A DNA stretch of 64,000 nucleotides from the NCBI RefSeq assembly GCF_009914755.1, contig NC_060928.1. One strand, written 5' to 3'. This stretch comes from the human T2T-CHM13v2.0 reference genome, Homo sapiens. Positions 1-13,442 of the stretch are shown in pieces. Numbering within the stretch: position 1 is the first letter of the stretch; each line of letters opens with the position of its first letter. Position numbers and translations under genes: made by a program. Under the pieces are notes generated by a model, which was not told the DNA's origin, did not search any database, and was given only the letters and a program-made list of their open reading frames with translations.

Positions 1-182
1 GGAAGAAAGTATGCAGACAAATGGTTACTGTTGAAATAATTTGCTTAGACTTCCATGTAATTCTGCAGTACTCTAAGATAATTTAAATTTAACTTAGAAT
101 GTAAATTTTGGAATGGATAAGATATTCATTTATAATTCAATAAATACTTGAGCACCAGTTTCAGGCAATGTTGAAAGTACTT

Positions 183-1231
183 TTTTAAAAAAAATAATTT
201 CCATAGGTTTTTGAAGAACAGGTGGCATTTAGTTACATAAATTCTTTAGTGATGATTTGTGAGATTTTGGTGCACTCATCACCTGAGCAGTATACACTGA
301 ACTCAGTTTGTAGTCTTTTATCCCTCACCTTCTTTCCACCCTTTCATCCAGAGTCTGCAAAGCCCATTGTATAATTCTTATAACTTTACATTCTTATAGC
401 TTAGCTCCTACTTATAAGTGAGAACATATGATGTTTGGTCTTCCATTCCTGAGTTACTTCACTTAGAATGATAGTCTCCAATCTCATGCAGGTTGCTGTG
501 AATGCCATTAACTCATTCCATTTTATGGCTGAATAATATTCTATCACATATATCATTTTTGCAATTGTGAATAGTGCTGCTATAAACATGTGCGTGCAAG
601 TATTTTTTTTTTTCTACAATGACTTCTTTTTCTCTGGTAGATATCCAGTAGTAGGATTGCTAGATCAAATAGTAATTCTACTTTTAGTTCTTTAACAAAT
701 CTTCACACTGTTTGCCATAGCGGTTGCACTAGTTTACATTTCCACCAGCAGTATAGAAGTGTTTCTTATTCGCTGCATCCACACCAACATCTATTATTTT
801 TTGATTTTTTGATTATGGCCATTCTTACAAGAGTAAGGTGGTATCATCAGATTGTGGTTTTGATTTGCATTTCCCTGATCATTAGTGGTGCTGAGCATTT
901 TTTCATATGTTTATTGGCCATTTGTATATCTTGTTTTGAGAATTGTCTATTCATGTCCTTAGCCTGCTTTTTGATGGAATTGTTTGCTTTTTTCTTGCTA
1001 AGTTGTTTGAGTTCATTATAGGTTCTGGATATTAGTCCTTTATTGGTTGTATAGATTGTAAAGATTTTCTCCCACTCTGTGACTGCTGACTGTGCCTTTT
1101 GCCATGCAAAAACTCTTTAGTTTAATTAAGTCCAACCTATTTTTCTTTGTTTTTATTGCATTTGCTTTTGGTCTCTTGGTCTTGAATTCTTTGCCTAAGC
1201 CAATGTCTAGAAGGAGTTTCCTGATGTTATC
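183..1231 (-). mobile_element. L1PB-type LINE-1, 5'-truncated (3' UTR plus ORF2 C-terminus)
   Basis: Reverse-strand L1PB 3' end (CATAGGTTTTTGAAGAACAGGTGG...GTGCACTCATCACCTGAGCAG). ORF 401..589 gives ORF2p C-terminal text MFIAALFTIAK...ILSEVTQEWKTKHHMFSL. Confidence 0.85.
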
Positions 1232-3975
1232 ATTGATTTTTCTCTAGTGTTTTCCTCTTTGAAACGTGATTTATTTTTAAAATCTTATCTTTATAATTTT
1301 ATTCTTTCTGCTTGCTTTGGGCTTAATTTACTTTTATTTTTCTACTTCCTGAATGTAAAAGTTTAGTTAATTAGAAGTTTTTTAAAAAATAATATAATTG
1401 ATTGCTATAAATTTCCCCAAAAATGCTACTTTATTTGCATATCATAAATTTTAATTCATGGCATTTCAACTTAATTCAAAATATTTCATAATTTCTTTAT
1501 AATTTTCTCTTATATGGTTTTTTTTAAATGTGTGTCATCAGGCCTATATGTTTTTTAGAAATGTGTTGCCTAATTTTTAATTGTTTACAGATCTATCATT
1601 TTCTGTTACTGATTTCTAACACAATTCTATTATACTCGGGAAATACTTTTTTCAAATACTTCTAATTGTGTAGGGCTTATATTATATCTTTCATTCTTTA
1701 CTTGGTAACTAATGGCTCCAAAAATGTTGCACTGCTTTGTATGTAGTATGAGAATCTTATAACTAAATATTCCTAATCCTCATCTCCCATGTTTTGGGTT
1801 ACTTTTTAAATTACATTTTTGCTTTTATTTATAAACTCACAATACTACTTTTTTTAAATCAGTGCTCAATTTTCTATTAGATAAATTAATATATCAAAAT
1901 ATTTATACTTATATTCATTTTAACTGTTAATAGTGATCTTTATTACCTTGTTTACATCCATATATGTATGTGTGTGTGCATCTATCATGTACCTATTATC
2001 TGTCTATCTATCTATCATCTATCTATCTACTGAAATTTATATCTTCTATCATATTCTTTCTGCCTGAGGAACTTGCTTTTCTTGTCTAGTAATCAATCCT
2101 CTCATTTTCTGTTTGTTTAAAAAGTAGTCTTAATTTTTCCTTCATTTCTGAAAAATATTTTAACAGTATAGAATTCTGGGTTGATCCTTGTTTTCAAGAA
2201 CTTTAAAGATGTTTCTGATAAGATGTCATTTGTAACTTTTACATTTGTTCCACTGAATGTAATTATTTTTCCACCTCTGGCTGTTTTTAAGATTTTCTAG
2301 TTATCTTGGTTTTCATCAGTTTGAATATATTTGTTCTAAGTATCTGAATTGGGGAGCTTGGTGGTAAGAGGTGGATTTCTCCTGCTTGGTGTTATTTGAG
2401 CTTCTTTTGTCGTGGTTTGGTGTCTTGCTTTATTTTTGAAAAATTCTTGGTCACTGCCTCTTCAACTATTTCTTCTGTCTTGAATCTTCTCAGATTCCAG
2501 TCACAGATAGGTTAGACCTTTTGATAGATCTGCAGTGGTATACCCTGCTTTTTTACACTGTTTTTTTCACTTTGTGTTTTAATTTGAGCAGTTTTTATTG
2601 ACTTATCTTCAAGTTCATTGGTTCTTTTTTTGACTACTGATAAGCCCATCAATAGCATTCTTTGTCTATAAACTTTTCTATTCCAGATAGGACAATTTAT
2701 TTTAGTTTTCATCTCTGCTAAGATTCCCTGACAGTGTATAGTTGTCCATTTTTTCAACTGGAGCATTTAACATATCAATCATAATTATTTTATAATCCCT
2801 TTCTTGTAGTTTGGATGCCTGAGTCATATCTGATTCTAATGTTATTGATTGATTTGTCTCTTGACAGTGTGTTGTTATTTCTTGCTTTTGTATGTGTGTC
2901 TTATGATATTTGATTGATTGTCAGAGCCATTTGTTGAGCAGTAGAGTCTGGGGTAAATAGTATTTATTTCTAAAAACAGGCATGTCTGCTCTTTAGTGTG
3001 GGGGAGATGAGTCAGTTCAATCAGGAATTGAGTTGGATTCACTTTTGTTGGTCTTTGGTTACCGCTGGCTTCGAATTACTCTGAACTTACCTTGTGTTTT
3101 TGGTAAGGGTCAGTTTGCTAAAAGGCTTTTCTGAATGTTCCAGCTCCTTGCTCCCTGTGTTTCTGAGGTTCAGAGATGCTGTATCCTCAATGTATTACCA
3201 GGTGTTGTTTGTTACTCAGCACCTACTAGCCTGAGTGGAGGGAACAGAGCTGTCTCTCTTGCCCTGGTTCAGCCTCAGGCTTAGGCAGAACCTCCTCCTT
3301 TGTTCTCAGGAAAGTGCTTCCTCAATAACTCTGCTCCTCTCCCAGCAGTGGAAAATCTCCAACTAGGTATTTTGTGTTTACCATTACATTTTTCTCAGGC
3401 AGAGTGTCACCCTTGTGCTCTAGCTGGCAACAAGCCTTTGCTGTCCTTTCCCTGGGCTCTGAAGGCTTTTTGTTCCTTAGAGGAGAGGAAACCTGATGGG
3501 GCTTCATGCCTTTCCCCTAGTACTGGCCATTCCCATCTGGCTCTCCATGCAAAGGAAGAGTGTCTCCAATCTCTCCCCTTGCCCTCAGTTATTCCCATAT
3601 GGGAGAATCTGTAACTGGGTGTGAATTCCTCCCAAGTGGTCTGTGCCTCCCAAAGCTCTATACTGTCACCCAGGCCTGCACTTATTCTTCAGCAATTCAT
3701 TGACGTTTTACCTAAATTCTTCTTGCCTGCTCATATTGAGACACCATCTTCCCATCTTTCAATGCTGCTACAAATTACTGGTGCTTGTGTCTTTTATCTC
3801 CTAAGAGGCATCTGTTTATGTTTCTTTGTTTAGATTTCAGGCTAGCAAGTAGTCCTATGAGCATCTCTGTGATAGGTTCAAAATGAGTTATGATTTTGTA
3901 TATTATACAGACTTTTCTAGTTAGAATGGAAACCAAGCTCTTTGTAGCTTTCTACATTCTAGTGTAAAGCTGAAA
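1232..3975 (-). mobile_element. Old L1MC-like LINE-1, 5' UTR/ORF1/ORF2 fragments
   Basis: Reverse complement near 3975 reads CTAGAATGTAGAAAGCT...AAAATCATAACT...AGCCTGAAATCTAA, resembling the L1MC 5' end. ORF1-like remnant at 2512..2766 (RTNELEDKSI). ORF2-like text at 1240-1680. Confidence 0.65.
1960..2030 (+). repeat. (TG)n/(TCTA)n compound microsatellite
   Basis: TGTGTGTG...TCTATCTATCTATCATCTATCTATCTA seen directly. Confidence 0.9.
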
Positions 3976-6249
3976 CAACCCCTTCCATTTTTTAGTGCAT
4001 AATTTTAAAAATCAGCAGCATTTTTCTTCCATATTACTTCATATAATATGCATATCATGCAACCTTATATCTACCCTAAGACAAAGCAGCATATTGGACT
4101 GTATCAAGTAAGTGGCACTGCCATGCTGTACATTGTTGGACCTGCTTCGCCAGTACACTGTTCTGAATGATTCCAAGAAATAGAACTAATTGAAGAAAGA
4201 TGTCTTACCTGTCATTTCACTAAAAGCAACTAATTTGGCTCCATTCAGTCTATTATTTTCCTTACTAATTTTATTGAAATTCTCCTTCCACTGATTTGGC
4301 AAAATATTTTCAGCAATGATTAATATTACCGTGCATAAGAAAAGAGGTCAGAAAATCTAATCTAGACTGACATGTCAAAATGAGGATAAAACAAATGCAA
4401 AAACCATTTTACGAGGTTAAAATTTGGGTGGTAAACCCAGTGAAACTCTGTTCCTTTCTTGTGGCATATGCCTTTGTCTGTGTTGTTACTTATTTGATAA
4501 CTGTCTAATATCACCTCCACACACACACATACACTCTTATATGTTCTCCAGCTCTATTATAAACAGATAGCATCAGAACTGTGTAATTTTAGTTCCCAAC
4601 ATTGCTTCTTGCTCATTTTCAATAAAAAGGAATTTTTATAGTAAAAAAATTTAAATGTTCCACTCAGCTTCAAAAAGTATACCAAAATACCTGTTGCAAT
4701 TACTGCAAAAAATAGGATCAACTCAACTTTTTAAACTGATAAGATTGAAAGAAAAACTTTTTTTTGCAAATCTTGCCACAACACATTGCTGTTATTTAGA
4801 TTAAAAATATAATTCTAGATGAAACAGGATTTCAAAAGATTAGAAAAGTTGGCAGAAGATAATAAACCTGGTAAATTTAAAATATAAGTTTCAACATAGG
4901 AAAGCATTTTTGAGCAAAGATATGACTAAGGAGGCCAACAAACTGGACATGGTTATGAAGTCTATTTATACAACAAGGTAAAATAACGTGATTTTTATGT
5001 TACATTCACTTACACAAGGACATGATAATTTCCATGTGACTTTCTCCTGAATCTGCAGAGCAAACTGCAATTTTCTTGGATTATAAACTATGTTTATATA
5101 AGAAAACTGTATAACTAATGGGGTATTTATTTTTATTGTCAGTGTTTTGTATATGACAATGTGCTTTGAATATGTTTTAAAGTTCAATTATCATCAATAA
5201 AGATGAAAAGATGCATCCCCTAAATTGAAAATTATACATTAAATACATATTTAAATCTCTCATCAAAACACTACCTTGACTGAGAAGAAAGCTAATGATT
5301 CTAGGTACGTTTTGCTTTGCCAAATACTATTTGTTATGGCTCAGTGGTGCTCTATCGTTTTGCAATGTATCACTTCGTATGCAGAACATAATTCCTTAAA
5401 GTTTCTATTTATAAAAGCTAAAGATAGAAAGTCTTATACTTTATAGCAAATGCTAGAAAGTGAACATAGATAATTTAAAATGAATGTTTTTGCCCCTTCT
5501 CCTTTAGTTCCTTAATATACGGTGGTTTCTAAGTCTGTATTTTAAATGATTTCAGCACTCCTATTTTCTATGTTACAAGGCAATCTGCCTGTGGTAGAAA
5601 TAGTAATCAAACCTTGAATTCTATGGAAGGGTTACTCAAGTCACTTAGAAAAATATCTCTGAGACTACACAGTGTTGCCATATTCATGCTAATTAAAGGT
5701 CAACATGGCATTAAACATGTAACTTCTCAGGATAATTAAAAAGAGAAAATAAAGCCTGGGGGTATGACAAGGAATAAATGGAGTGTGGTATAGTCATAGT
5801 CATAGCAGAAAGAAAAAGGAGGCCCAACGGCCCCTCCTTGTTCTGGCTGAGATTCCAACCCAGCATTAATCATCTCATTATAACCACTTCCTAGAGAGAT
5901 GACTATTCCTAAGTAGGAAGACACAAATAGGTCCAATTATCCACCTCTTTCTAAACAAGTTTTAATTTCACAATAATTTATATTTGTACTTACCTGTACA
6001 AAAAAACTTATTCCTCCACATCTGTGTCCTCACCCCCTATAAGACTCTATAAATCCTCTAATTTGATCCAAACTCTTATCTTTCTCTGGTAACTCCAACT
6101 CCATTGATGGAAATTAGCATTGTATCAGAAAAATGACCACTTCCCTAAAATTCCTCCAGTTAAAACTAAACATGTTTTAAAATTTTTGTTTTGTTTTTGT
6201 TTTTATCCTGAAGGCATTATTCTTCCTGCAGGACTATGAAGTTATGGCT

Positions 6250-8430
6250 ACATTTTCTTCCCAATCCCCTTCTACCCCTAAGGTTGAATGTGGGACAGGT
6301 GTCCTCACAGATCCTTATCACCACCACTATTTCCCAGCACCTTCAAAACACAAGCAATTAAATATTGCCATCTGCTACAATTTCTTATTGCAGTCATCTA
6401 TTTGCATGAAACCACTCTTTTCCATTCAGTTGAGAATTTTAGCTTTTAAATCCATCTTCCTGTCCATGATTATTCATATCAAAATCCCTGTTAGTTTCAG
6501 TGTTTACCTGGCCCCTTCCTGCTAGACATGTATACATCTGCTATGAAAACATTACAAAGTATGCCTATATGTATGTAGAGAACATAAAGGAATCTATATC
6601 TTTGTTTATAAAATATTCTCAAGTATTGACAAAGCCAGTCCTTATTCTATTTCTATAAAAGGTAGCAGATTTGGACTCATCTAAATTATCAAGCAAAATG
6701 TCTAACACATTTTAGGTCATTACCTTAAAGAAATAAAAGATTATCAGGGAGGTGTGTTTACTCAGTTACTTTCTTATCCCTTGTATTTATTGCTCGCAGA
6801 ATATATATTGAAATGAAGAAAAATCAGCTTTGAACTGGATCTAAGTCATCCTTCACACTGTCTCAGAACCTGACTCAATTTAGTGCCTCAGTTATTTGGC
6901 CTTGTTCTGTCCTCTCCAAAGAACATTTCCTCTATGCCTTCTCTGCCACACCCCTGGGGTCACAACCATATTGAATATTATCAATGATTGTGCCACCTCA
7001 AAAATATAAATTTCAAACTATTTCTCTTACTAGTTTCTACTATCTTCTTAGCCCAATGTTCTAGAACTCATAGTCCCACAATTTTCAACCCCACTGGGCA
7101 CTCTCATATACTGAACCTTACACTTCCTGTGGTCTACTATGTACTACAAATAGTAAAATCCATTTTTACCTGACTTAGAGTTCAAAATTAAAATTAGAGC
7201 CTTGAACAAATTATCAGTCTCCATACCTTTCTTTCTGAAGAATTTAATGTGTCATAACCCCCAGCCCTAGTTCTATACAACTTTCTGCCTTCCCTGCCTT
7301 TCAACCTGGATGCATATGTAATGCTTTTCTGACTTTAAATTCATCACAACTTCAAGTGTGCTTTCAGCCTCATCCTAAAATACTGTTGTGTTTTCATAGA
7401 TCATTTGCTCACCCTCTCTGAGACGGTTACTTTAAATTTCTCATGTCTTTATTAATATTAATCCAAAACATTTCCTTTCCCTACTGTCAGCTGATTTTTG
7501 ACTCTAAGAACATTTTAAAAAAAAAGGAGAATTTTATCACCATACCTCCAAATCTATTAACTTACCTGCATTTAGATACATGTCCTCTGTCGGGCTCCTT
7601 TTTTACCAAAAGATACACTTTCCATGTCTCCAGCTTGGGCAAAGAGCGAGACTCCATCTCAAAAAAAAGAAAAAGAAAAAGAAAAAAAAATCTAAGTGCC
7701 ATTCTCTCCTTCCTATGAAAGGGCTTAACTCCACATTTTATTTCTCCAGTTGCATCAGTTTTCTACATTTGAGTGGCTCTATTGACTCACCACCATCAGT
7801 GTCGCTATAACAGTATTCATTCTTATTAAAAAACACCCATATTATTTGCAGCTCACACACTGCTCCTCATTACAGTAAAATACTGGATATGACTTGTTTA
7901 TACTTACTGTTTTAAATTCTTCCCATTATATTCCCTCTTGCTACCACTTAAAAAACTCTCATTGTAACCACAAAAAAATAGATCTTAATTGTCCTTTCAC
8001 TAATATTTAATAGGGTTTTAAATATTTTTCCGTCTGTGATCAATTCTTCCTTTGGTAAAATGATCTAATCCTTGTTGTTAAATACCATCTGCATAATATT
8101 GGGTCCCAGTTTGTATCTTTTATCTTGACCTCCTATCTAAAGTTCAGACTCACTTACCTGACTGCTTGCTCTCTTATTCTGTTTTGGCATTTTAATCTCA
8201 ATATGTCCAAAAAAGAGTTTTTAATTTCCAATTCATCCAGATATTTTTCTTTGACAATATTTCCAGTTATAATCAATGGCAATGTAGTCAACTACTTACT
8301 CAAGCCAAAGTCTCTGAGTCATTCTTGACTATTCTTTCAACATACATTTAATTTATCAGCAAATTCTGTCATCTTTGTTAAAAATACACATAGAATATGA
8401 ATATCTCTTCCCACTTATGTGGTCTTTTCT
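6250..8430 (+). mobile_element. Fragmented L2 LINE
   Basis: L2 3'-region motifs: CTCAATATGTCCAAAAAAGAG, CAAGCCAAAGTCTCTGAGTCATTCTTGACT, ATCAGCAAATTCTGTC. Highly diverged. Confidence 0.6.
7628..7690 (+). mobile_element. Alu 3'-terminal fragment with A-rich tail
   Basis: CTCCAGCTTGGGCAAAGAGCGAGACTCCATCTC followed by A8(GAAAAA)n. Confidence 0.85.
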
Positions 8431-8509
8431 GCTTCCCCTTATTTTAGAAATATATTTTGCCCTTTCCTTTTTGTTGGGTAGCAGCATGTCTGGTGGCCAC
8501 AAAAATTGA

Positions 8510-8645
8510 GGGAGTTTTGGACGTGCAGGGAAGGCTGTGAACTGGGAGTCTGGGGCACGCAGGGAAGGGTGTGAAGTGGAAGTCTGGGACATGCAGGGAA
8601 GGGTGTGAAGTGGGAGTTTGGGACACGCAGAGAAGGCTGTGAAGG
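8510..8645 (+). repeat. G-rich minisatellite, 4 x 34 bp
   Basis: Unit ~GGGAGTCTGGGACACGCAGGGAAGGGTGTGAAGT at 8510, 8544, 8578 and 8612. Confidence 0.92.
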
Positions 8646-8649
8646 TATT

Positions 8650-9880
8650 GTCAGGTAGCCCTGGTAGGGGGTAGAGTGCACCTGAGGCTGGTAGAGATAG
8701 CTGTCATTCTGCCATGGTTGAAATATTGGTTGTATTAAACAAACAAGTAAATAGGTCAAGGTGACAGGTTTCTCACTGTGTAGAGGAATAAATAAATATA
8801 AGACTATATATACATATATAAATACATGTAATCATGTTAATAGCTATACTTTCTATATAAATGTGTTTATTCTTGGTTCATTATATATGTGTGTACCTAT
8901 AATATTCATATTACATATGAATATATAACATATGGATATATAACATATGTAATATGAACTAGAGTTCCTTGGAGAAATGAATAATTCCAGCACTAAAGCA
9001 AGAAAAAGTCAAATTGAGTCTGCAGCATCTTGTTATGCCAAAACTAAGAAATGCTCAAAGAATCATGGCAATTTATCAGAAAGATACAGAAGTTATCAAG
9101 AAGAGATTCCTAATGACAACATTTGGACAATTAGAGCATCAAGGAAAATATTACATTAAATAGAAATTCATGTATCCATATGAAATCAATACATAAATAA
9201 ATAGATGAGTAAGTATAAATGGTAAATAAGGGAAGGCTTTGCTTTCAGCCAGCCACAAAACAGAGAGTCATCAATGTTAAACATCAGAATGGTGACTGAT
9301 TGAGGTAGTTGCCATCAATGAATGCCAATGCTGGACATTTGATGAGGGACAGAATATTTGCAATGTTTTTGAACCTGTTATCACATTGTGCTTCGTTGAT
9401 CGTAATTTTTTAAAAAATGATGAGTTGTGGTGATGTTTGGCAGACAACAACACAACAAGAATGCATGACCTGAGTCTGGTCAGAAGGAAATATCAGGTGG
9501 TCACAGATTGAAGGCCAAACCTTTTAAAATTATAAGAACAGGAGGGATATGGAAGAACTGAGAAGCTTTACAGACTAATGGAACCTGAAGAGACAAAACA
9601 AATGACTGCAGCACATGCTCATGAACAGGACTCTCAACAAGAAAAGGAAAAGAGCCAGTGTTGCAAGGATTGATGGATTTGCATGGCATTTCTTGGTTGG
9701 ATGGTAGTGTGGTATCAGCTTTGATTTCCAGCTTTGGAGGACTGTATGATGATTATCTGGGCCAATGTTCTTGTCCTTGGAAGGTTCACACTGGAGCATT
9801 TGGGGATGATGCAACACCAAGTTAGCAGTTTTCTCACAAATGTTTCCAAAAAAAGAGTAAAGAAAGAGATGCAGTAAAGC
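8650..9880 (+). mobile_element. L1MC3/4-like 3' UTR
   Basis: CAGGTTTCTCACTG; AGAGTTCCTTGGAGAAATG...GCAGCATCTTGTTATGCCA...AAATGCTCAAAG match the recalled L1MC 3' end. Confidence 0.7.
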
Positions 9881-10399
9881 ACCAACAGTATTAAAATAAA
9901 TTATGAAGAATTATTTAAAATACATAGATAAGTTAACCCCAACCAAAGGGTAAAGAAGAACAAAGCACTCTGATTAATTATATGTCAATTATATGGTAAA
10001 TACTTGATGTCGGTTATATTGTAAACACAAACAACAAATATTCCATTCACAATATAGAAGTGTAATACTTAAATTCCAATAATAAACCAAATTTGAATAA
10101 TTACACCATCATGCTATTAACCTTCAAAATCAAACTCTCTATACTACTTCTCTAGACCAAGATTAAAGCAGTAGGAATACAAAGAATCAAAGATACAAAG
10201 CAAAATCACACGTAACTATTCTTTTATTTTCAAAATGCATTTCTTTTGTTTAGATAGTCAGGTAAATGTATTTACTCAATTTGGCTTTTCTTTGATGGTC
10301 TACTTACTTATAATCAAATAAAAATGAGCTTCTGTGTTAATAATGAGGATGCAGGTGGATACCTTAGAAATGCAGGTGTCTGAAATGAATGCCTAAAAT

Positions 10400-10585
10400 G
10401 TCAGAGACATATGACTCAGCTGCTGTGGAAGCTGTCAGTTTCCTTTCCAGCTGGAATCATATTGGAATGGGTAATTACTGTAACACTTTCAGCAAGAGAC
10501 AGACATGTCCCTGTGAATATCAGTCATCAAGTGGAAATTCCCAGAGAATCTGAGTCAGTGCCATCTAAAAGGAAAGTTCTAGAAA
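10400..10585. promoter_or_regulatory. Candidate enhancer (AP-1/ARE, TEAD, p53-family half-site, NF-kB, AP-1 cluster)
   Basis: ATGACTCAGC 10411-10420, GGAATG 10464-10469, AGACATGTCC 10501-10510, GGAAATTCCC 10533-10542, TGAGTCA 10551-10557, in apparently non-repeat DNA. Motif evidence only. Confidence 0.4.
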
Positions 10586-11033
10586 ATGAACAGAAGTCTC
10601 TATATTTTTCCTTTTATTAAAAAGAAGCCTTTTCTATAGTTAGCAAAATTCAGTTTTCTTTCTACATAAAAAATTACATGTTTCTGAAAATCATGCCTTT
10701 TTACCTTCTATCAAACCCACTTTTCCTTCTTTTTGATGAACAAGAGCTATTATAACATAATTTTATCTGCTATAACTGAGGCCCATTAGTAAATTCTGAC
10801 AGATAATTATCTAAATCAATGAGTATTTTCTTTTTAAAAATAAATCTGGCTGAGTGATATTATAAGAAATACATTGCCAAATCGTGACAGCCATAGACTA
10901 GTGAGAAATACGTTCCAAGTTGCTTTCAAATTAAGTCATAAAAATATTTGTATTGTATTGATGAAAATAGGCCTGTCTTCCTTAATGACATAAGATTAGA
11001 TGATGATTTAAACAAACATTTATTGAATACTCA

Positions 11034-11152
11034 CTCAATTTCCTCATCTATACACTGTGGATAATAACAGCACATACTTTATAGAGCTGTGGATAAAAAT
11101 GAGTTACCACACGTTAGTAAGTGCTTAATATAAGATAGCTGTTATTATTAAT
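11034..11152 (+). mobile_element. MIR fragment
   Basis: CTCAATTTCCTCATCTATACACTGTGGATAATAACAG core. Confidence 0.7.
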
Positions 11153-11471
11153 ATTATCATACTAGAGATAAAATATATACTGCCTCTTCTTGAGAGACTC
11201 ACAGATTTATATAGAAAGTGAGTTATCCATAAATTCACATAAAATATTTTAATGGTAGCTCCACTCTAAATAAGATATCCCAGATAAATAAGACTTACCT
11301 GAGGGATTTAAACTGCCTAAAGTTTTTAGTTTTTCTGCTGAAAATAGTAGATAAGTGGTTTATGGCACTGAATTGAGAAAAAAGAAAAAAAAAGGATTTG
11401 TCTATAAAAAGATCCCTCTAGAGCCTGTACAGAATAGATAATACAGGTAGAAGAGAAGAAAAATGTCTTAG

Positions 11472-12287
11472 TATATGAACAGACACTTCTCAAAAGAAGA
11501 CATTTATGCAGCCAAAAGACACATGAAAAAATGCTCATCATCACTGGCCATCAGAGAAATGCAAATCAAAACCACAATGAGATACCATCTCACATCAGTT
11601 AGAATGGTGATCATTAAAAAGTCAGGAAACAACAGGTGCTGGAGAGGATGTGGAGAAATAGGAACACTTTTACACTGTTGGTGGGACTGTAAACTACTTT
11701 AACCATTGTGGAAGTCAGTGTGGCGATTCCTCAGGGATCTAGAACTAGAAATACCATTTGTCCCAGCCATCCCATTACTGGGTATATACCGAAAGGATTA
11801 TAAATCATGCTGCTATAAAGACACATGCACACGTATGTTTATTGTGGCACTATTCACAATAGCAAAGACTTGGAACCAACCCAAATGTCCAACAATGATA
11901 GATTGGATTAAGAAAATGTGGCACATATACACCATGGAATACTATGCAGCCATAAAAAATGATGAGTTCATGTCCTTTATAGGGACATGGATGAAGCTGG
12001 AAACCATCACTCTCAGCAAACTATCGCAAGGACAAAAAACCAAACACCGCATGTTCTCACTCATAGGTGGGAATTGAACAATGAGAACACATGGACACAG
12101 GAAGGGGAACATCACACACCGGGGCCTGTTGTGGGGTGGGGGGAGGGGGGAGGGATAGCATTAGGAGATATACCTAATGTTAAATGACGAGTTAATGGGT
12201 GCAGCACAGCAACATGGCACATGTATACATATGTAACTAATCTGCACATTGTGCACATGTACTCTAAAACTGAAAGTATAATAAAAA
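11472..12287 (+). mobile_element. L1PA4-like LINE-1, 5'-truncated, 16-bp TSD
   Basis: ORF2p C-terminus (ORFs 11475..11702 and 11706..12077, split by a TAA), canonical L1PA 3' UTR with G-rich tract, short A tail. Perfect TSD AAGAAAAATGTCTTAG at 11456-11471 and 12288-12303. Confidence 0.95.
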
Positions 12288-12479
12288 AAGAAAAATGTCT
12301 TAGAAAAAAATAAAAGAGAGAAAGTGTGTTTATAAATGGTTAGTTGTGAGGAGGAGGCTTTTTTTTTTAGAATAAAATGATACTGAAAATGATAGCTAGT
12401 TAAGTGAATAATTTAACTTAGACGGAAAGGGCTTGAACAATTCATTTAAAATAATTCTGAGGGGGTACTACCTAGCTTC

Positions 12480-12800
12480 TATTTGAGTATTTATCTTGTC
12501 ATTACATAGCATGGGACTTTGATAGATGTGATAAACATGGCTATTTATCTTCCCTCAAGTCACTGACCAAACGGTTCAACAAGGCAAAGCAGAAGACAAC
12601 CCTATGTGGAATGTCATGAAGGTGCACTCATTAATCAATCTTTGAGTATTACAGTGGCTCGGTAACTAAAATGTACCCACTGTAAGTTTATCTACTTTAC
12701 AAATATTCTCTTGCTCATTTTGGCCACTCAACTATTATTCACTAATGAACTAACCTCTTTCTGGAGTTCTTCATTTGTCACAAGTTATATATAAGGGAAA
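12480..12800 (-). mobile_element. CR1/L3 fragment
   Basis: AGTCACTGACCAAACGGTTCAACAAGGCAAAGCAGAAGACAACCCTATGTGG resembles the reverse of the CR1 RT region. Confidence 0.4.
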
Positions 12801-13189
12801 CAGTGGAAAACATAATTCAGAATTCCTTCAGTAGAAAACATTTGAGTTGATCCACTCAGAACCACAGGAAGAACTACAGCAAAGTCAGTGATAAAGTGCT
12901 TTTTGGGTGCTTACTCTACTCTGTTTTAGATTCTGGATTGCAAAGGAAAGGCCGTTGGCATGAAACAATTTATGATACTATCTCATTAAATATTATTTAT
13001 ATGTCACAACAGTTCTCCAACATTTTCAAGAGGAGCAAATATCAACTTTACTGTTCTCACTCATTCAGTGAATAGATGTAAAAGAAAGGCTATGAAAGAA
13101 AGAAAATCTTTATTAATTTTCTATTTTGATTCAATAAATGCAAATATCATTTAGAAGTATTATGTCACATAGCTTCACTAAGGGATTGA

Positions 13190-13330
13190 ATAAAACAGAC
13201 ACCAATAGTTGTATTTAACAGATAACTAAACTGAGAATCAGAAAGATTAAATGACTCGCCGAGGTTACATTGCTTTTAGGTGGCCATTTGGTATTCAAAA
13301 GCTAGTTTTTGTGAATTAGAAGCTACATTG
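13190..13330 (-). mobile_element. MIR fragment
   Basis: ACAGATAACTAAACTGAGAATCAGAAAGATTAAATGACTCGCCGAGGTTACA. Confidence 0.7.
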
Positions 13331-13442
13331 TTTACATCACCCTATATCCCAAAGTTTAATTGCAGAATTGGAGAAGTGCTCCAGGTTATTGAAAAGGATG
13401 GACATTTGTCATTTATTTAATTCATTAATATTTGAATCCTCA

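Noticed and set aside
3300-3833. Cluster of ORFs in a GC-richer patch
   Set aside because: Lies in the 5' UTR of the old L1MC element.
8510-8645. 34-bp repeats of CRISPR-like length
   Set aside because: Head-to-tail with no spacers, eukaryotic context, no cas genes.
11475-12077. ORF2p-like protein ORFs (also 20157..20726, 19496..19705, 401..589)
   Set aside because: Truncated, stop-interrupted LINE-1 remnants, not host genes.
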